A DNA stretch of 43,622 bases from IMG/VR virus record IMGVR_UViG_3300032129_000019, positions 1 to 43,622 of that record; one strand, 5' to 3'. The notes under the pieces were generated by a model. It did not search any database. It was given only the letters and a program-made list of their open reading frames with translations, and was not told the origin of the DNA. Below are positions 17,913-27,921 of this stretch, one piece after another (positions within the stretch are counted from its first letter, which is position 1; each line of letters starts with the position of its first letter). Position numbers and translations under genes: made by a program. This stretch comes from a virus. Lineage: Duplodnaviria; Caudoviricetes.

Positions 17913-19508
17913 ATGTCACTAAATAGTAAACTCTCCGCTACAGATATAGCAATAGAAAAAATGAGTAAAAACACACAGAAAGAAATTATAAAAGAGTTTT
18001 CTAGGGCATTGAATGAAACTAGAAGCAGTTTAGCAATGTATTACGAAAAGTATTCAAAAGATGGCACTTTAACATATAGCGGAATGGCTAAATATAACCG
18101 TTTAAAGGCGCTTAATGACGAGGTTAGTAATAAACTAGCGAGTGTATATAAGGCTAATGGGAAGGATACAAAAGAGTTGTTAAAGAGTGTTTATAATGAA
18201 AGTTATTTAGGTACGAGTTATGCAATAGAATCAGAAACAAGTGTTAATTCTAAGTTTGTAATGGTTAATATGGGCACTATAAACTCAGCTATTGAAAATC
18301 CAATAAGTGGGTTAACACTATCCGAGAGGTTAGAGAAACACAGAAGCGATATTATTATTAATGTTAAAAGTGAAATAACACAGGGTTTAATTAGAGGTGA
18401 GGGTTATGGTAAGATAGCCAAAAGAATCAAAGGTAGATTTGATGGTGATGCAAGTAAAGCTATTAGAGTGGCACAAACAGAAACACATAGAATATTAAAT
18501 CAATCTCGGTTAGATGCTGGAATTAGGGCAGATGAATTAGGCATTAACATGTTGAAAGTATGGGATGCCACATTAGATGCTAAAACAAGAAACTCCCATC
18601 AATCACTAGATGGTGTAAAAATAGGAGTAAAAGAAAACTTTACTTCTTCTATAGGTGGTTATGGATTAGCGCCGGGTAGTCTAGGACTTGCAGCAGATGA
18701 TATTAATTGTAGGTGTGCAATTCGTTACGAGGTGGATGGTTTAAGTCCTAAGTTAAGGGCCACAAGGGATGCACAAGGCAAAACTGTATTAGTTCCCAAT
18801 ACAACATATGCAGAATGGAAATCTTTAAAAGGTGTTACTAACAAAGAAAACACAATTAACAAAATGAGTGATTTAACAGAAACAGAAACCGAAGCAATAA
18901 AAGGATATAAAAACTTTGGTAATGCGATTAATCAGTCTATAAGAAAAAGAGCGGGATTTAATGTAGATGAATCCGCCGCGGTTTATGTTCCTAGATTAGA
19001 AAATATTTTAAAGAAAACAGAATTAGCAAAGGAAACACAAGTTTATAGGGGTATGTCATCAAAAGCACTAGGGCAATATAGCAATATAGTAAAACAAGAT
19101 CCAACTCGTTTAATAGGTGCTGAAATATCAGACAAAGCATTCATGAGTACAAGTAAAAATATAGACGTTGCTTCACATAATTTTATGGAAAATGGCAAAA
19201 GACTAAGGGGCGATGATGTACTCTTAGAAATCAAAGTACCTAAAGGCTACCATGGATTAGAATTAGGGGAATACTCATTAAACAATGAAGATGAAATTCT
19301 TTTAATAAATAATTCAAGAATAAGAATAACTAGCGTTGAAGATACTCGCAAAGTAGCTACTGATAAAATGAAACAAGTAGATGATTTAACTAAACCAATA
19401 GGAGAGGAATCGATATTTGGTCAAGACTACGAACAAAAATTAGTACCAACAGGCGAGAAACAAATGAAGGGTTATATTAAGTTAATAGGGGAGGTTTTTT
19501 ATGAGTAA
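17913..19508 (+). CDS. MuF minor head protein fused to a C-terminal VIP2-like ADP-ribosyltransferase
   Basis: MuF: KVWDATLD.KTR.SH..DING-like DDINCRC; ART: VYRG, FMSTS, EDE (R-S-E triad). Confidence 0.85.
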   Translation: MSLNSKLSATDIAIEKMSKNTQKEIIKEFSRALNETRSSLAMYYEKYSKDGTLTYSGMAKYNRLKALNDEVSNKLASVYKANGKDTKELLKSVYNESYLGTSYAIESETSVNSKFVMVNMGTINSAIENPISGLTLSERLEKHRSDIIINVKSEITQGLIRGEGYGKIAKRIKGRFDGDASKAIRVAQTETHRILNQSRLDAGIRADELGINMLKVWDATLDAKTRNSHQSLDGVKIGVKENFTSSIGGYGLAPGSLGLAADDINCRCAIRYEVDGLSPKLRATRDAQGKTVLVPNTTYAEWKSLKGVTNKENTINKMSDLTETETEAIKGYKNFGNAINQSIRKRAGFNVDESAAVYVPRLENILKKTELAKETQVYRGMSSKALGQYSNIVKQDPTRLIGAEISDKAFMSTSKNIDVASHNFMENGKRLRGDDVLLEIKVPKGYHGLELGEYSLNNEDEILLINNSRIRITSVEDTRKVATDKMKQVDDLTKPIGEESIFGQDYEQKLVPTGEKQMKGYIKLIGEVFYE

Positions 19509-19659
19509 ATACCAATATGAGAAAGGTGAAGCTAGTATAAAAACACCGCTATGTACTACTTGCAAACTGTTTAAAAATTCTATTTGTAAAGTATATAAAA
19601 AAGACATTCCTAAAGAAATACAATTTGAGCATAAAGACTGCAAATATTACGTAAAATAA
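19501..19659 (+). CDS. Small Cys-rich protein, candidate immunity protein (52 aa)
   Basis: Overlaps the MuF-ART stop; CTTC..CKVY..IP..C. Confidence 0.55.
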   Translation: MSKYQYEKGEASIKTPLCTTCKLFKNSICKVYKKDIPKEIQFEHKDCKYYVK

Positions 19660-19673
19660 ATTTATAATACCTC

Positions 19674-19702
19674 TTGACATGTAATGCGATTAGCAGTACA
19701 AT
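19674..19702 (+). promoter_or_regulatory. SigA promoter of a moron
   Basis: TTGACA-17-TACAAT. Confidence 0.75.
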
Positions 19703-19748
19703 ATACTTAGAGGTTAGGAAATAACCTACATGAGAGGGGATATTAAAA

Positions 19749-19958
19749 ATGGAATTTAATAAAACAGAATTGAGAGTTATATACAACAATTTATATGAAG
19801 CAAGAGAAAATCTTAATAATGAAGTGGCTACAATGGATAAAGAAACATTTAATAAAATGTTAGAAGAAAAAGAACAGTTAGCAGTATTACTTGATAAAAT
19901 ACACATAGAAATAAAAGCACCAGAATGTGTAGAAGAAAATTCGATATTTGGTGTTTAA
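19749..19958 (+). CDS. Hypothetical moron protein
   Basis: Own promoter and RBS. Confidence 0.65.
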   Translation: MEFNKTELRVIYNNLYEARENLNNEVATMDKETFNKMLEEKEQLAVLLDKIHIEIKAPECVEENSIFGV

Positions 19959-19960
19959 TA

Positions 19961-20101
19961 ATGGCTACCTTAAACATAAGACTTAGTAAAGAAGAACATA
20001 AGAAAATAACAGAAGACGCGGTTAAATTAGGTTTGACCGTATCAGAGTATATAAGGTTTATAACTAAAAATGTAAATATAAAAGTTGAATTAACACCTTA
20101 G
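19961..20101 (+). CDS. Ribbon-helix-helix protein (46 aa)
   Basis: LNIRLSKEEH..AVKLGLTVSEYIR; followed by a terminator. Confidence 0.65.
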   Translation: MATLNIRLSKEEHKKITEDAVKLGLTVSEYIRFITKNVNIKVELTP

Positions 20102-20217
20102 AAATAGGGTGTTTTTAAATGTAAAACAATAAAACTGTATTAATTCCACAAATGAATTATATGGAATGGGAAGCACTTAAAGGTATTAAATAGGATATAC
20201 TAATAGTAGGTGATAAT

Positions 20218-20535
20218 ATGAATATTGAATATGATTTAACAGAAACAAATTATTGTGGTGAATTTATTGAACCGAATATAGTTAAGGTTTATTTATATAA
20301 CTGCAATAAAACAAATAGAAATATAAACAATGTAATAGCACATGAATATATGCATTTTATTATTTATAAAGTTAAAATATTAAGATTTATATTTAACAAA
20401 TTAAATAATAGTATTATTAAAAAATGTAGAAAACGAGGTATAAATTCCGTTGATGAAGTTTACAAATGTTTAGCTGATGAAAAGGTATGCGATTTTATAG
20501 CTAATAGAATAAGTAAAAGATATAAAAGGTATTAA
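20218..20535 (+). CDS. HEXXH zinc metallopeptidase-like protein
   Basis: VIAHEYMH and downstream DEKVCDFIA. Confidence 0.55.
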   Translation: MNIEYDLTETNYCGEFIEPNIVKVYLYNCNKTNRNINNVIAHEYMHFIIYKVKILRFIFNKLNNSIIKKCRKRGINSVDEVYKCLADEKVCDFIANRISKRYKRY

Positions 20536-20566
20536 ATAATGGTATAATATAGGTAGGGGTGATTGT

Positions 20567-20767
20567 ATGGCATTAGATTATATGAAAACAATAACTAGGT
20601 TTGATTGTGTATGTCCGATATGTCACAAAGGTATGTTAGAAGCAAAATTTCCTGAGAACTCTTTTATTCCTGAAATATCCTGTGATGTTTGCAATAAAAA
20701 ATTTATAATCGAATATGAGAAAAATCCTTTTAAAATAACAAAAGTTACTGAACAAAATGAATATTGA
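20567..20767 (+). CDS. Zinc-finger protein
   Basis: CPIC..CDVC. Confidence 0.6.
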   Translation: MALDYMKTITRFDCVCPICHKGMLEAKFPENSFIPEISCDVCNKKFIIEYEKNPFKITKVTEQNEY

Positions 20768-20951
20768 ATTAACAGGACTTGCCGCACCACGAAAGCTATT
20801 TAACATATTAGTACACGTATACAATCAAAAGGATACTACACAGGCTACAAAGGACTATATAGAGTTAGAATCAAGACGTATGTACAAAGGTTATGATATT
20901 AAAGAATTATTAAGGCATCCTTAACAGGGTGTTTTTATTATGGGAGGATAT

Positions 20952-21137
20952 ATGTCTAAAAAAATAACAAAAGTATTGCAAAGAAGTATTAAAAAAGATG
21001 GCATAAAATATGGAGTAACTATCGCAAAGGATGAAGATGGATATTTTGCAACAACTCACAGGTCAAGAAGTAAAAGCTATCCTACTAAAAGCGGTATACC
21101 AAAAACAGTTTTAAAACGTATAGAATCAACAGGTTAA
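20952..21137 (+). CDS. Small basic hypothetical protein
   Basis: GGAGG RBS; flanked by terminator-like hairpins. Confidence 0.6.
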   Translation: MSKKITKVLQRSIKKDGIKYGVTIAKDEDGYFATTHRSRSKSYPTKSGIPKTVLKRIESTG

Positions 21138-21255
21138 TTAAGTCTTAGAAATAAGGCTTTTTATTTCGTCCAAAATTATCAAGACGATAAAAGGTTAATA
21201 ATAAAGTAAGCACTCACAGGGACGAAAGTAACTGCGGAGGGTGGAGGAGTTAAAA

Positions 21256-21891
21256 ATGGATATAAAAGAAATAAAAGAATATTTAGAAGCAAATAAAGAG
21301 AGTGAAGAAGTTCAAGACTACGTTAAAGGGTTTGAGAAACCTCTTACACTTGATGGAGTTAGTGAGTTTATAAATACGGATGATGATGCTAAGAAGTGGA
21401 TGCAATCTTCAAAGGATAGTTATTTTACTAAAGGGATTGAAACATGGAAACAAAATAACCTTGAAACTCTTATTGATGGAGAAGTTAAAAAAAGATTTCC
21501 GGATAAAGATCCAAAAGATATAGAGTTAGAAAAGTTAAAATTTGAAATTCAAGGCATTAAAAAAGATTCTGTATTAAAAGAATTAAAATCAGAGGCTTAT
21601 AAACTTGCAAGTGAGAAAAAACTCCCTTTAAATTTAGTCGATTTTTTTATTGCTGATGATGTAGAAAAAACAACAGGCAATATATCAAAACTAGAAACAG
21701 AGTTTACTAATGCAGTAAAGGCAGCAGTAGAAGAACGATTTAAACAAGGTGGCAGAGAGCCACAAGGTGGAAATGGTGGCGGTAGCACTGTCAATCCATA
21801 TAAGAAAGAATCATATTCACTTACACAACAAGGAATTTTAGAAAAGAATGATCCGACGTTAGCGGCTCAATTAAGAGCAGCAGCGAAATAG
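21256..21891 (+). CDS. Capsid scaffold protein (DUF4355-like)
   Basis: Precedes the capsid gene; KGIETWKQNNL, KKLP..LVDF. Confidence 0.8.
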   Translation: MDIKEIKEYLEANKESEEVQDYVKGFEKPLTLDGVSEFINTDDDAKKWMQSSKDSYFTKGIETWKQNNLETLIDGEVKKRFPDKDPKDIELEKLKFEIQGIKKDSVLKELKSEAYKLASEKKLPLNLVDFFIADDVEKTTGNISKLETEFTNAVKAAVEERFKQGGREPQGGNGGGSTVNPYKKESYSLTQQGILEKNDPTLAAQLRAAAK

Positions 21892-21905
21892 AGGAGGAAT
21901 TATAA

Positions 21906-22877
21906 ATGGCTTTAACAACTTTAACAAACATGATAGTACCGGAGAATTTCGACGCATACGTGGCAGAAATGGCAACAGATAAAAACGCATTCTTTGCGAG
22001 CGGAATAATGGTGGCTAATCCACAATTAGCAAAACTACTTTCAATGGGTGGTAAATCAATAATCATGCCTTTTACAAAAGCATTAACAGGTAATTCAGAA
22101 ATCCCATCTGAAACAGCAGACATGGGATTAGGTGGAATTACTACAAGTGAAGATACTGCAAGACGTCAATTAAGAGTAAAAGCGTTTGGTGAAAATCAAT
22201 TAGCAAGTCTTTTAAGTGGTGACGATGTAATGGATAGAATCGCAAACGCTTACGCTGATTATTGGGCAGCAGAATATACTAAAATACTTTTAAGTACTTG
22301 TAAAGGTGTATTTGCTTCACTGACAGACCATGTTAATGATATATCCGCATTAGTTGGTGACTTAGCATTGTTTAACTCATCCGGCGCAATAGATACTAAA
22401 TTTATATTAGGCGATGCAGCTGATAAATTAACTGCGGTTAGTGTACACAGTGCAGTATATGCTTATATGCTTAAACAAGATCAAATCGCAACAGTTCCTG
22501 CTAGTGATGGTAATGGAACTATAAGCGTATATACTCCACTAAACGCTAGAGTAATTATGGATGATGCTGTACCGTATGACAATGGAACTAAAAAAGGTTC
22601 AATGTACTTGTTTGGTGGCGGCGCAATGGGATTCGTAGAATCTAATGAGGGAATTGTATCAAGTGAAATTTATAGAGCACCACTTAAAGGACTTGGAGAA
22701 AGTGCTTTAATCAATAGAAAACAATTCGTACTACATCCACTAGGTGTTGAATGGAATGAGCCTGTTGCTGCACCCGTTTCACCTACGAATGTACAACTTG
22801 AAGCAGCCACAAACTGGACTAAAAAGAAAAAGATGAAAAACATTGCACTTGCTGAATTTAAATTCAAAATAGTTTAA
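21906..22877 (+). CDS. Major capsid protein
   Basis: IVPENF..Y, MPF, LSGDD.M, HSAVY, LINRKQFVLHPLG. Confidence 0.9.
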   Translation: MALTTLTNMIVPENFDAYVAEMATDKNAFFASGIMVANPQLAKLLSMGGKSIIMPFTKALTGNSEIPSETADMGLGGITTSEDTARRQLRVKAFGENQLASLLSGDDVMDRIANAYADYWAAEYTKILLSTCKGVFASLTDHVNDISALVGDLALFNSSGAIDTKFILGDAADKLTAVSVHSAVYAYMLKQDQIATVPASDGNGTISVYTPLNARVIMDDAVPYDNGTKKGSMYLFGGGAMGFVESNEGIVSSEIYRAPLKGLGESALINRKQFVLHPLGVEWNEPVAAPVSPTNVQLEAATNWTKKKKMKNIALAEFKFKIV

Positions 22878-22922
22878 TTAAGGAGGGGTTAATTCCCCTC
22901 TCTTTTTTATAGGAGGGAAAAC

Positions 22923-23246
22923 ATGACCGCTGAAGATGTTAAAACATTGCTTAATATAGATATATTAAATGTAAGTAAAGATGTTTATTATGAAGCTATG
23001 ATACCTATTCTCTTAGGAGTAGCAGAGGATAAAACTAATAGAGATTTTAGCGTAACTATTCCGGGTGGTGTACAGTTATTTATTGCTAGAGGTATTCAAT
23101 ATTTAGATGGTGTTAAAAGTGGCATAGCTAGTAAGAAAATAGGAGATTTAAGTATTTCTTATATTTCAAGTGGTGCAAGTGGACCTATGGGTTTACCGGC
23201 TGATGTTATGGCTTTGTTACCTAGAGCGTTGGTGAAGTTTGTATGA
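22923..23246 (+). CDS. Head-tail connector
   Basis: Position; PGGVQLFIA..SKKIGDLSISY. Confidence 0.75.
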   Translation: MTAEDVKTLLNIDILNVSKDVYYEAMIPILLGVAEDKTNRDFSVTIPGGVQLFIARGIQYLDGVKSGIASKKIGDLSISYISSGASGPMGLPADVMALLPRALVKFV

Positions 23247-23554
23247 TAGAAGAATTTGTAGAATACTTTGAGCCATTAACGATTAGCAGACTTACTGCAA
23301 CACTTGGAACGTTCGGCAATACAATTATGGCATGGAATGATTTAGAGGACACAGAGGGCTATATACGGACTTTAAACGGTGGTGAAAGAGTAAGCGCAGA
23401 TAAAGTCACGGTATATTCTACTCATAGACTTTATTTTTTTATAACCGACATAAAAGAAAAGGATAGAATTTCTTATAATAGTCATTTGTATGATGTTAAA
23501 TTAATTGATAACAAAAGAGAATTTTATCAAGTTGATTTGGAGTTGATAGAATGA
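23243..23554 (+). CDS. Head closure protein
   Basis: Position, beta-rich. Confidence 0.7.
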   Translation: MIEEFVEYFEPLTISRLTATLGTFGNTIMAWNDLEDTEGYIRTLNGGERVSADKVTVYSTHRLYFFITDIKEKDRISYNSHLYDVKLIDNKREFYQVDLELIE

Positions 23555-23871
23555 CATTTAGAAGTAACCGCAGAGAAGTGATGGCTGAAATGGAAAGAGC
23601 AGAGCAAAGGGCACTAGAAAAAATAGGCTTATATGTTGATGGTGAAGCAGTTTCGAGAAGTCCGGTTGTAAGCGGCAGGCTTAAAAGTTCGTGGGAGCAT
23701 GAGGTGCAAGAAAAGAGTGTTATCGTTGCAAACAATACTGAATATGCCGCCTTTGTGGAGTTCGGAACGAGTAAACAGGATGCACAGAGGGTGTTAACAG
23801 GTTCAGTAGAAGAAAACATAGACGAAATTAAAGGAATCACAGAAAGAGAATTACATGGAGTGGGTGATTAA
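23551..23871 (+). CDS. HK97 gp10-like tail component
   Basis: PVVSGRLKSS..EYAAFVEFGT. Confidence 0.85.
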   Translation: MTFRSNRREVMAEMERAEQRALEKIGLYVDGEAVSRSPVVSGRLKSSWEHEVQEKSVIVANNTEYAAFVEFGTSKQDAQRVLTGSVEENIDEIKGITERELHGVGD

Positions 23872-24241
23872 CATGATGGACTTACTTACTTTTATATACG
23901 AGCAGATACAATCAGTTTATACCAAGACTTATTTTGAGAAAGCACCACAAGGCACAGAATATCCTTATGTAGTTTATCGCATGCCCAATACAAGCGAAGT
24001 AGAAGTTAGAGAGGACACAGTATTAGAAGTAGACGTATGGACCAATACGGGCGATATAGTGGAATTAGAAACTATTACAGATAATGTAGATAAAAAACTA
24101 AACAGGTTATCAAATTTAGATGCTAATTTCCAATGCAAAATATATAGGGATAATCCTTATAAATTAAATATACCGGATGAAGATCCAATAATAGATAGAC
24201 GTAGATTAAGATACAATATTAAATTATACAGGAGGGGTTAA
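23855..24241 (+). CDS. Tail terminator/completion protein
   Basis: AP..TEYPYVVY..EVDVW. Confidence 0.75.
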   Translation: MEWVINMMDLLTFIYEQIQSVYTKTYFEKAPQGTEYPYVVYRMPNTSEVEVREDTVLEVDVWTNTGDIVELETITDNVDKKLNRLSNLDANFQCKIYRDNPYKLNIPDEDPIIDRRRLRYNIKLYRRG

Positions 24242-24242
24242 A

Positions 24243-25130
24243 ATGAACGGATATACCGCAGAATCACCTAAACATTTTATGTTGGATTCGGGCGCATTTT
24301 ATAAAAACTTTGACATGGCAACAGATACAGTAGCAACCGCAGCTGCTAAACTTTTAGGACTTACAAGAGGTGGCGGAGAGTTCGCAGCTATTCCAACAGT
24401 TAGAGCAATTGTAGCAGATGGAATTAAAGAAAATACCGCTGGATTTAATCGTATCGATAATTGGGTGGTAACCTTAAAAGGCACAATGTTAGAAATGACT
24501 ACTGCAAACTTTCAAGCACTATTAGGTGCATCTTCGGTGGATAGTGCTACGGAAGCAACATACGATATCGTAACGGGTAAAGATAAAATAGAGGATGCCG
24601 ATTATCTTACTAATATAACTTATATAGGTACTATAAGTGGATCTGCTTCACCTATTATAATCCAAGTTTCAAATGCTATCAATCTGCAAGGATTAACGCT
24701 TGCGAGTGAAGACAAAAACGAAGGTACAATGGAAGCACTATTTACGGGACATTATGGCCCAACAACACAAGGAGTAGTACCATTTACTATTTATAATCCT
24801 AAAATTACCGGTGATACGGAACCACCTACAGTTACAGTAGTTCCGGCTGATTTAGAAACAACGGTTGCATTGAATTCGGCTATAATATGGACGTTTAGTG
24901 AAGCTATTACAAATGTTAGCGTAAGTAGTGCAAACTTCTTATTATTAGAAGCGGGAGTTCCAGTGGCTGGAGCATTAACACAGTCATTCGACAAGCTCAC
25001 AGTTACATTTACACCGATAACAGATTTAATAACAGCTACTGAGTATACAGCGCTTGCTACAACTAATATAAAAGATATAAGTGGAAATTCGCTAGTGCAA
25101 AACAATATAATAAATTTCACAACAGTATAA
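24243..25130 (+). CDS. Major tail protein with C-terminal Ig-like domain
   Basis: LGLTRGG..; DTEPPTV..FSEAI..TFTP..L..TEY..IKDISGN.L. Confidence 0.85.
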   Translation: MNGYTAESPKHFMLDSGAFYKNFDMATDTVATAAAKLLGLTRGGGEFAAIPTVRAIVADGIKENTAGFNRIDNWVVTLKGTMLEMTTANFQALLGASSVDSATEATYDIVTGKDKIEDADYLTNITYIGTISGSASPIIIQVSNAINLQGLTLASEDKNEGTMEALFTGHYGPTTQGVVPFTIYNPKITGDTEPPTVTVVPADLETTVALNSAIIWTFSEAITNVSVSSANFLLLEAGVPVAGALTQSFDKLTVTFTPITDLITATEYTALATTNIKDISGNSLVQNNIINFTTV

Positions 25131-25175
25131 AAAAATAGGGAGCCTTATGGCTCTCTTTAATTTTAGGAGGTATTT

Positions 25176-25523
25176 ATGTTAAGTACAGAAAAAGCGATTG
25201 ATTTACTGCCACTAATAGGTAGCATTTATGAGAAATTAGAAGTTAAAGAATATATGAAATCACAGGCACAGAAAGCAGTTGCAAAACACGAGGGATTGAG
25301 TAAGGAGGAAATGGCAAAGAAGATTGGACTTGATGTGCTTCTTGATACTGTCTTTATATTAGTATTTCAAAACGCAAAATCAATCAATGAAGAAATATTT
25401 GAGATTGTTTCTATAGTTCAAGATATAGATATTGAAATTGTTAAAGAACAAGGCTTAGTTAAGTCTATATTAGCATTAAAAACTTTACTAAATGACGAGG
25501 ATATAAAAGAACTTTTTATTTAG
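25176..25523 (+). CDS. Tail assembly chaperone (gpG-like)
   Basis: Between the major tail and tape measure genes. Confidence 0.7.
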   Translation: MLSTEKAIDLLPLIGSIYEKLEVKEYMKSQAQKAVAKHEGLSKEEMAKKIGLDVLLDTVFILVFQNAKSINEEIFEIVSIVQDIDIEIVKEQGLVKSILALKTLLNDEDIKELFI

Positions 25524-25531
25524 CCTATGAA

Positions 25532-25831
25532 TTGGAATGGGAAAACATTATTATTTTAGTTCATAGCTTCGACTACTCTTATATATGTAGACAAAAATTA
25601 AGGACAGTAATTAAATTAGTTTTAAAAGCAAATGAAAAGGAACAAAGCGCAAAAGCTTATGGACAATATTTAGTTGATTATAAGTTTATGAAGTCTGGTG
25701 AAATTCCTTATGTAAGTTTTGAAGATTATTTCAATAAAACAGAAACAAAAGTTAAAAGCGAAACTAAAGAAGAAATTCAAAACAAAGTAGATAAAATTTT
25801 ATCCTCTATGGGAGGTGCAAAGAAAGAATGA
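25532..25831 (+). CDS. Tail assembly chaperone extension (gpT-like), probably reached by -1 frameshift
   Basis: The -1 frame is open across ACTTTTTA near 25511-25518; weak own start. Confidence 0.55.
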   Translation: MEWENIIILVHSFDYSYICRQKLRTVIKLVLKANEKEQSAKAYGQYLVDYKFMKSGEIPYVSFEDYFNKTETKVKSETKEEIQNKVDKILSSMGGAKKE

Positions 25832-27921
25832 GAGCATTTGAGTTGTTTGGAGAGATATTTTTAAGGGATAACGGGGCGAGTAGAAGTTTAGGAGAAATTG
25901 AAGGTAGTGCAAGACGTGCTGATGGTGCGCTTGGAAATGGAATAAAAACCGCTGCAAAATGGGGCGGTGCAATGGTGCTTGCAGCGGGAACAGCAGCCGC
26001 AGCAATTGGTGGTATAGCGCTTAATGCAGCAGTATCCTACGAAAAACAAATGGCTAACGTTGCTACTCTCTTAGATGGAGACGTTAAAGCCAAAATTAAA
26101 GGCATGGGTGACGAAGTTAAAAAAATGTCGGTCAAAACAGGCACGAGTACTAAATTATTAACTGATGGTTTGTACCAAGTTGTTAGTGCATTCGGTGAGA
26201 CAGATGATGCCATGAAGATATTAGAAATATCAGCAAAGGGTGCTGATGCTGGTAATGCTACTGTAACAGATTCCGTTAATCTATTATCCGCGGTTACTAA
26301 AGGTTACGGTGATACTAGCGTAGAAGCAACACAAAAAGCTTCGGATTTGGCATTTGAAACAGTAAGATTGGGTCAAACAACATTCCCAGAACTTGCCTCA
26401 AGTATGGGTAAGGTAATCCCTTTAGCTGGTGCTATGAATGTTAAACAAGAGGAACTTTTTGGAAGTATGGCTACATTAACTGGTGTTACTGGAGACACCG
26501 CTGAAGTTAGTACTCAACTTCGTGGAGTTATACAAGGATTTATGAAGCCGACAGACAGCATGTCAAAAGCATTAGAAACTATGGGATTTAAAACAGGGGA
26601 TGCAGCAATTGAAAGTCTTGGTCTTGATGGAGCATTAAAAGGTTTAAAAAAAGCAGCTGGAGGAAGCGACACAGAACTCGTTAATATGTTTGGTAGCGTT
26701 GAAGCTGGAACCGCAGTATTAGCATTAACAGGCTCGCAATCAGATGAATTCACAGAGAAAACCAAAGCAATGGCAAAAGCAGCTGGAGCGACCAATGAAG
26801 CATTTAAAATTCAACAAGCTACAACAGATGCAATGATGAAAAAAATGAAGGCTTCTTTTGATGTTATAATGATAACTTTAGGAGAAAAACTATTGCCTAT
26901 ATTTAACGATTTTTTAGAGTGGGTTATTGAACATATGCCGGAAATTCAAAAGTTTATAGATGGCGCTATGCAAGTTGTAGGTGATGTGTTCACTTCGGTT
27001 GGTAATATAATAAAAGATGTATTAATCCCAGCATTTAAGAAATTTTGGGAATGGATTAAACCATATATGCCACAAATAAAAGAGGCAGTTAAAATTGCGT
27101 TTGATATAATCAAAGGTGTATTTAAACTTGTAGGTGATTACATTACAAATATAGTTATCCCTATTTATAAAGCAATGGCTGAATGGTTCTTTAAGAATTT
27201 CCCAGCTATAAAAGATGCAGTTATGAAAGCTTATGATTATATAAAACCAAGCTTTGATCATTTAGTACAGGTGATAAGGGATAGTGTAATGCCTATTATA
27301 GAAGGGCTATGGGATACGGTTAAAAAAGCAATGCCGGGTATTCAAGCGATTTTTGAACTAGTATTCCCATTAATAGTTGTAGCGGTAAAATTAGTAATAG
27401 ACATAGTAGCAATGGTGATAGAAGTTGTAAAAGGCATTTATGACTTTATTAAACCGGGTCTTGATGATGTGGCTGAATTGTTTAGTGCAATATTCGGTGG
27501 CATTAAAACAGTTATTGAGGGAGTTCAAGATGCTCTTGATTGGTTTAATGGAACGGAAATAGAAGATAAAAATGCCACCGTTAATACAGAATATACAACT
27601 AGTGGTTCTACATCACAATTTGGCGGCATCGATACTGGTTCACCATATGGCGGTGCAAGACCACCCGTTGCCAACGCAAGAGGAACAAATAATTTCCAAG
27701 GCGGTCTTACATGGGTAGGAGAAGAGGGTCCGGAACTTATGAGTTTACAAAAGGGTACTAAAATATATGATAATAAAAAAAGTATGGATATGGCTAAAAG
27801 GAATGACAAAGGCTTTAATTTAATTATTGAAACATTTGTAAACGAAAGAAAACAAGACGTTGAAGAATTAGCAGAAGAATTAAGTTATTACATTAAAAAG
27901 AAAGAATTAGGAGGGGCTTAG
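25828..27921 (+). CDS. Tape measure protein
   Basis: TP901-type core, W/F-spaced repeats, VGEEGPEL. Confidence 0.9.
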   Translation: MRAFELFGEIFLRDNGASRSLGEIEGSARRADGALGNGIKTAAKWGGAMVLAAGTAAAAIGGIALNAAVSYEKQMANVATLLDGDVKAKIKGMGDEVKKMSVKTGTSTKLLTDGLYQVVSAFGETDDAMKILEISAKGADAGNATVTDSVNLLSAVTKGYGDTSVEATQKASDLAFETVRLGQTTFPELASSMGKVIPLAGAMNVKQEELFGSMATLTGVTGDTAEVSTQLRGVIQGFMKPTDSMSKALETMGFKTGDAAIESLGLDGALKGLKKAAGGSDTELVNMFGSVEAGTAVLALTGSQSDEFTEKTKAMAKAAGATNEAFKIQQATTDAMMKKMKASFDVIMITLGEKLLPIFNDFLEWVIEHMPEIQKFIDGAMQVVGDVFTSVGNIIKDVLIPAFKKFWEWIKPYMPQIKEAVKIAFDIIKGVFKLVGDYITNIVIPIYKAMAEWFFKNFPAIKDAVMKAYDYIKPSFDHLVQVIRDSVMPIIEGLWDTVKKAMPGIQAIFELVFPLIVVAVKLVIDIVAMVIEVVKGIYDFIKPGLDDVAELFSAIFGGIKTVIEGVQDALDWFNGTEIEDKNATVNTEYTTSGSTSQFGGIDTGSPYGGARPPVANARGTNNFQGGLTWVGEEGPELMSLQKGTKIYDNKKSMDMAKRNDKGFNLIIETFVNERKQDVEELAEELSYYIKKKELGGA

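Noticed and set aside
19405-19955. Shared TCGATATTTGGT (SIFG) in the MuF-ART C-terminus and ORF 19749
   Set aside because: Single 12-nt match with no further homology
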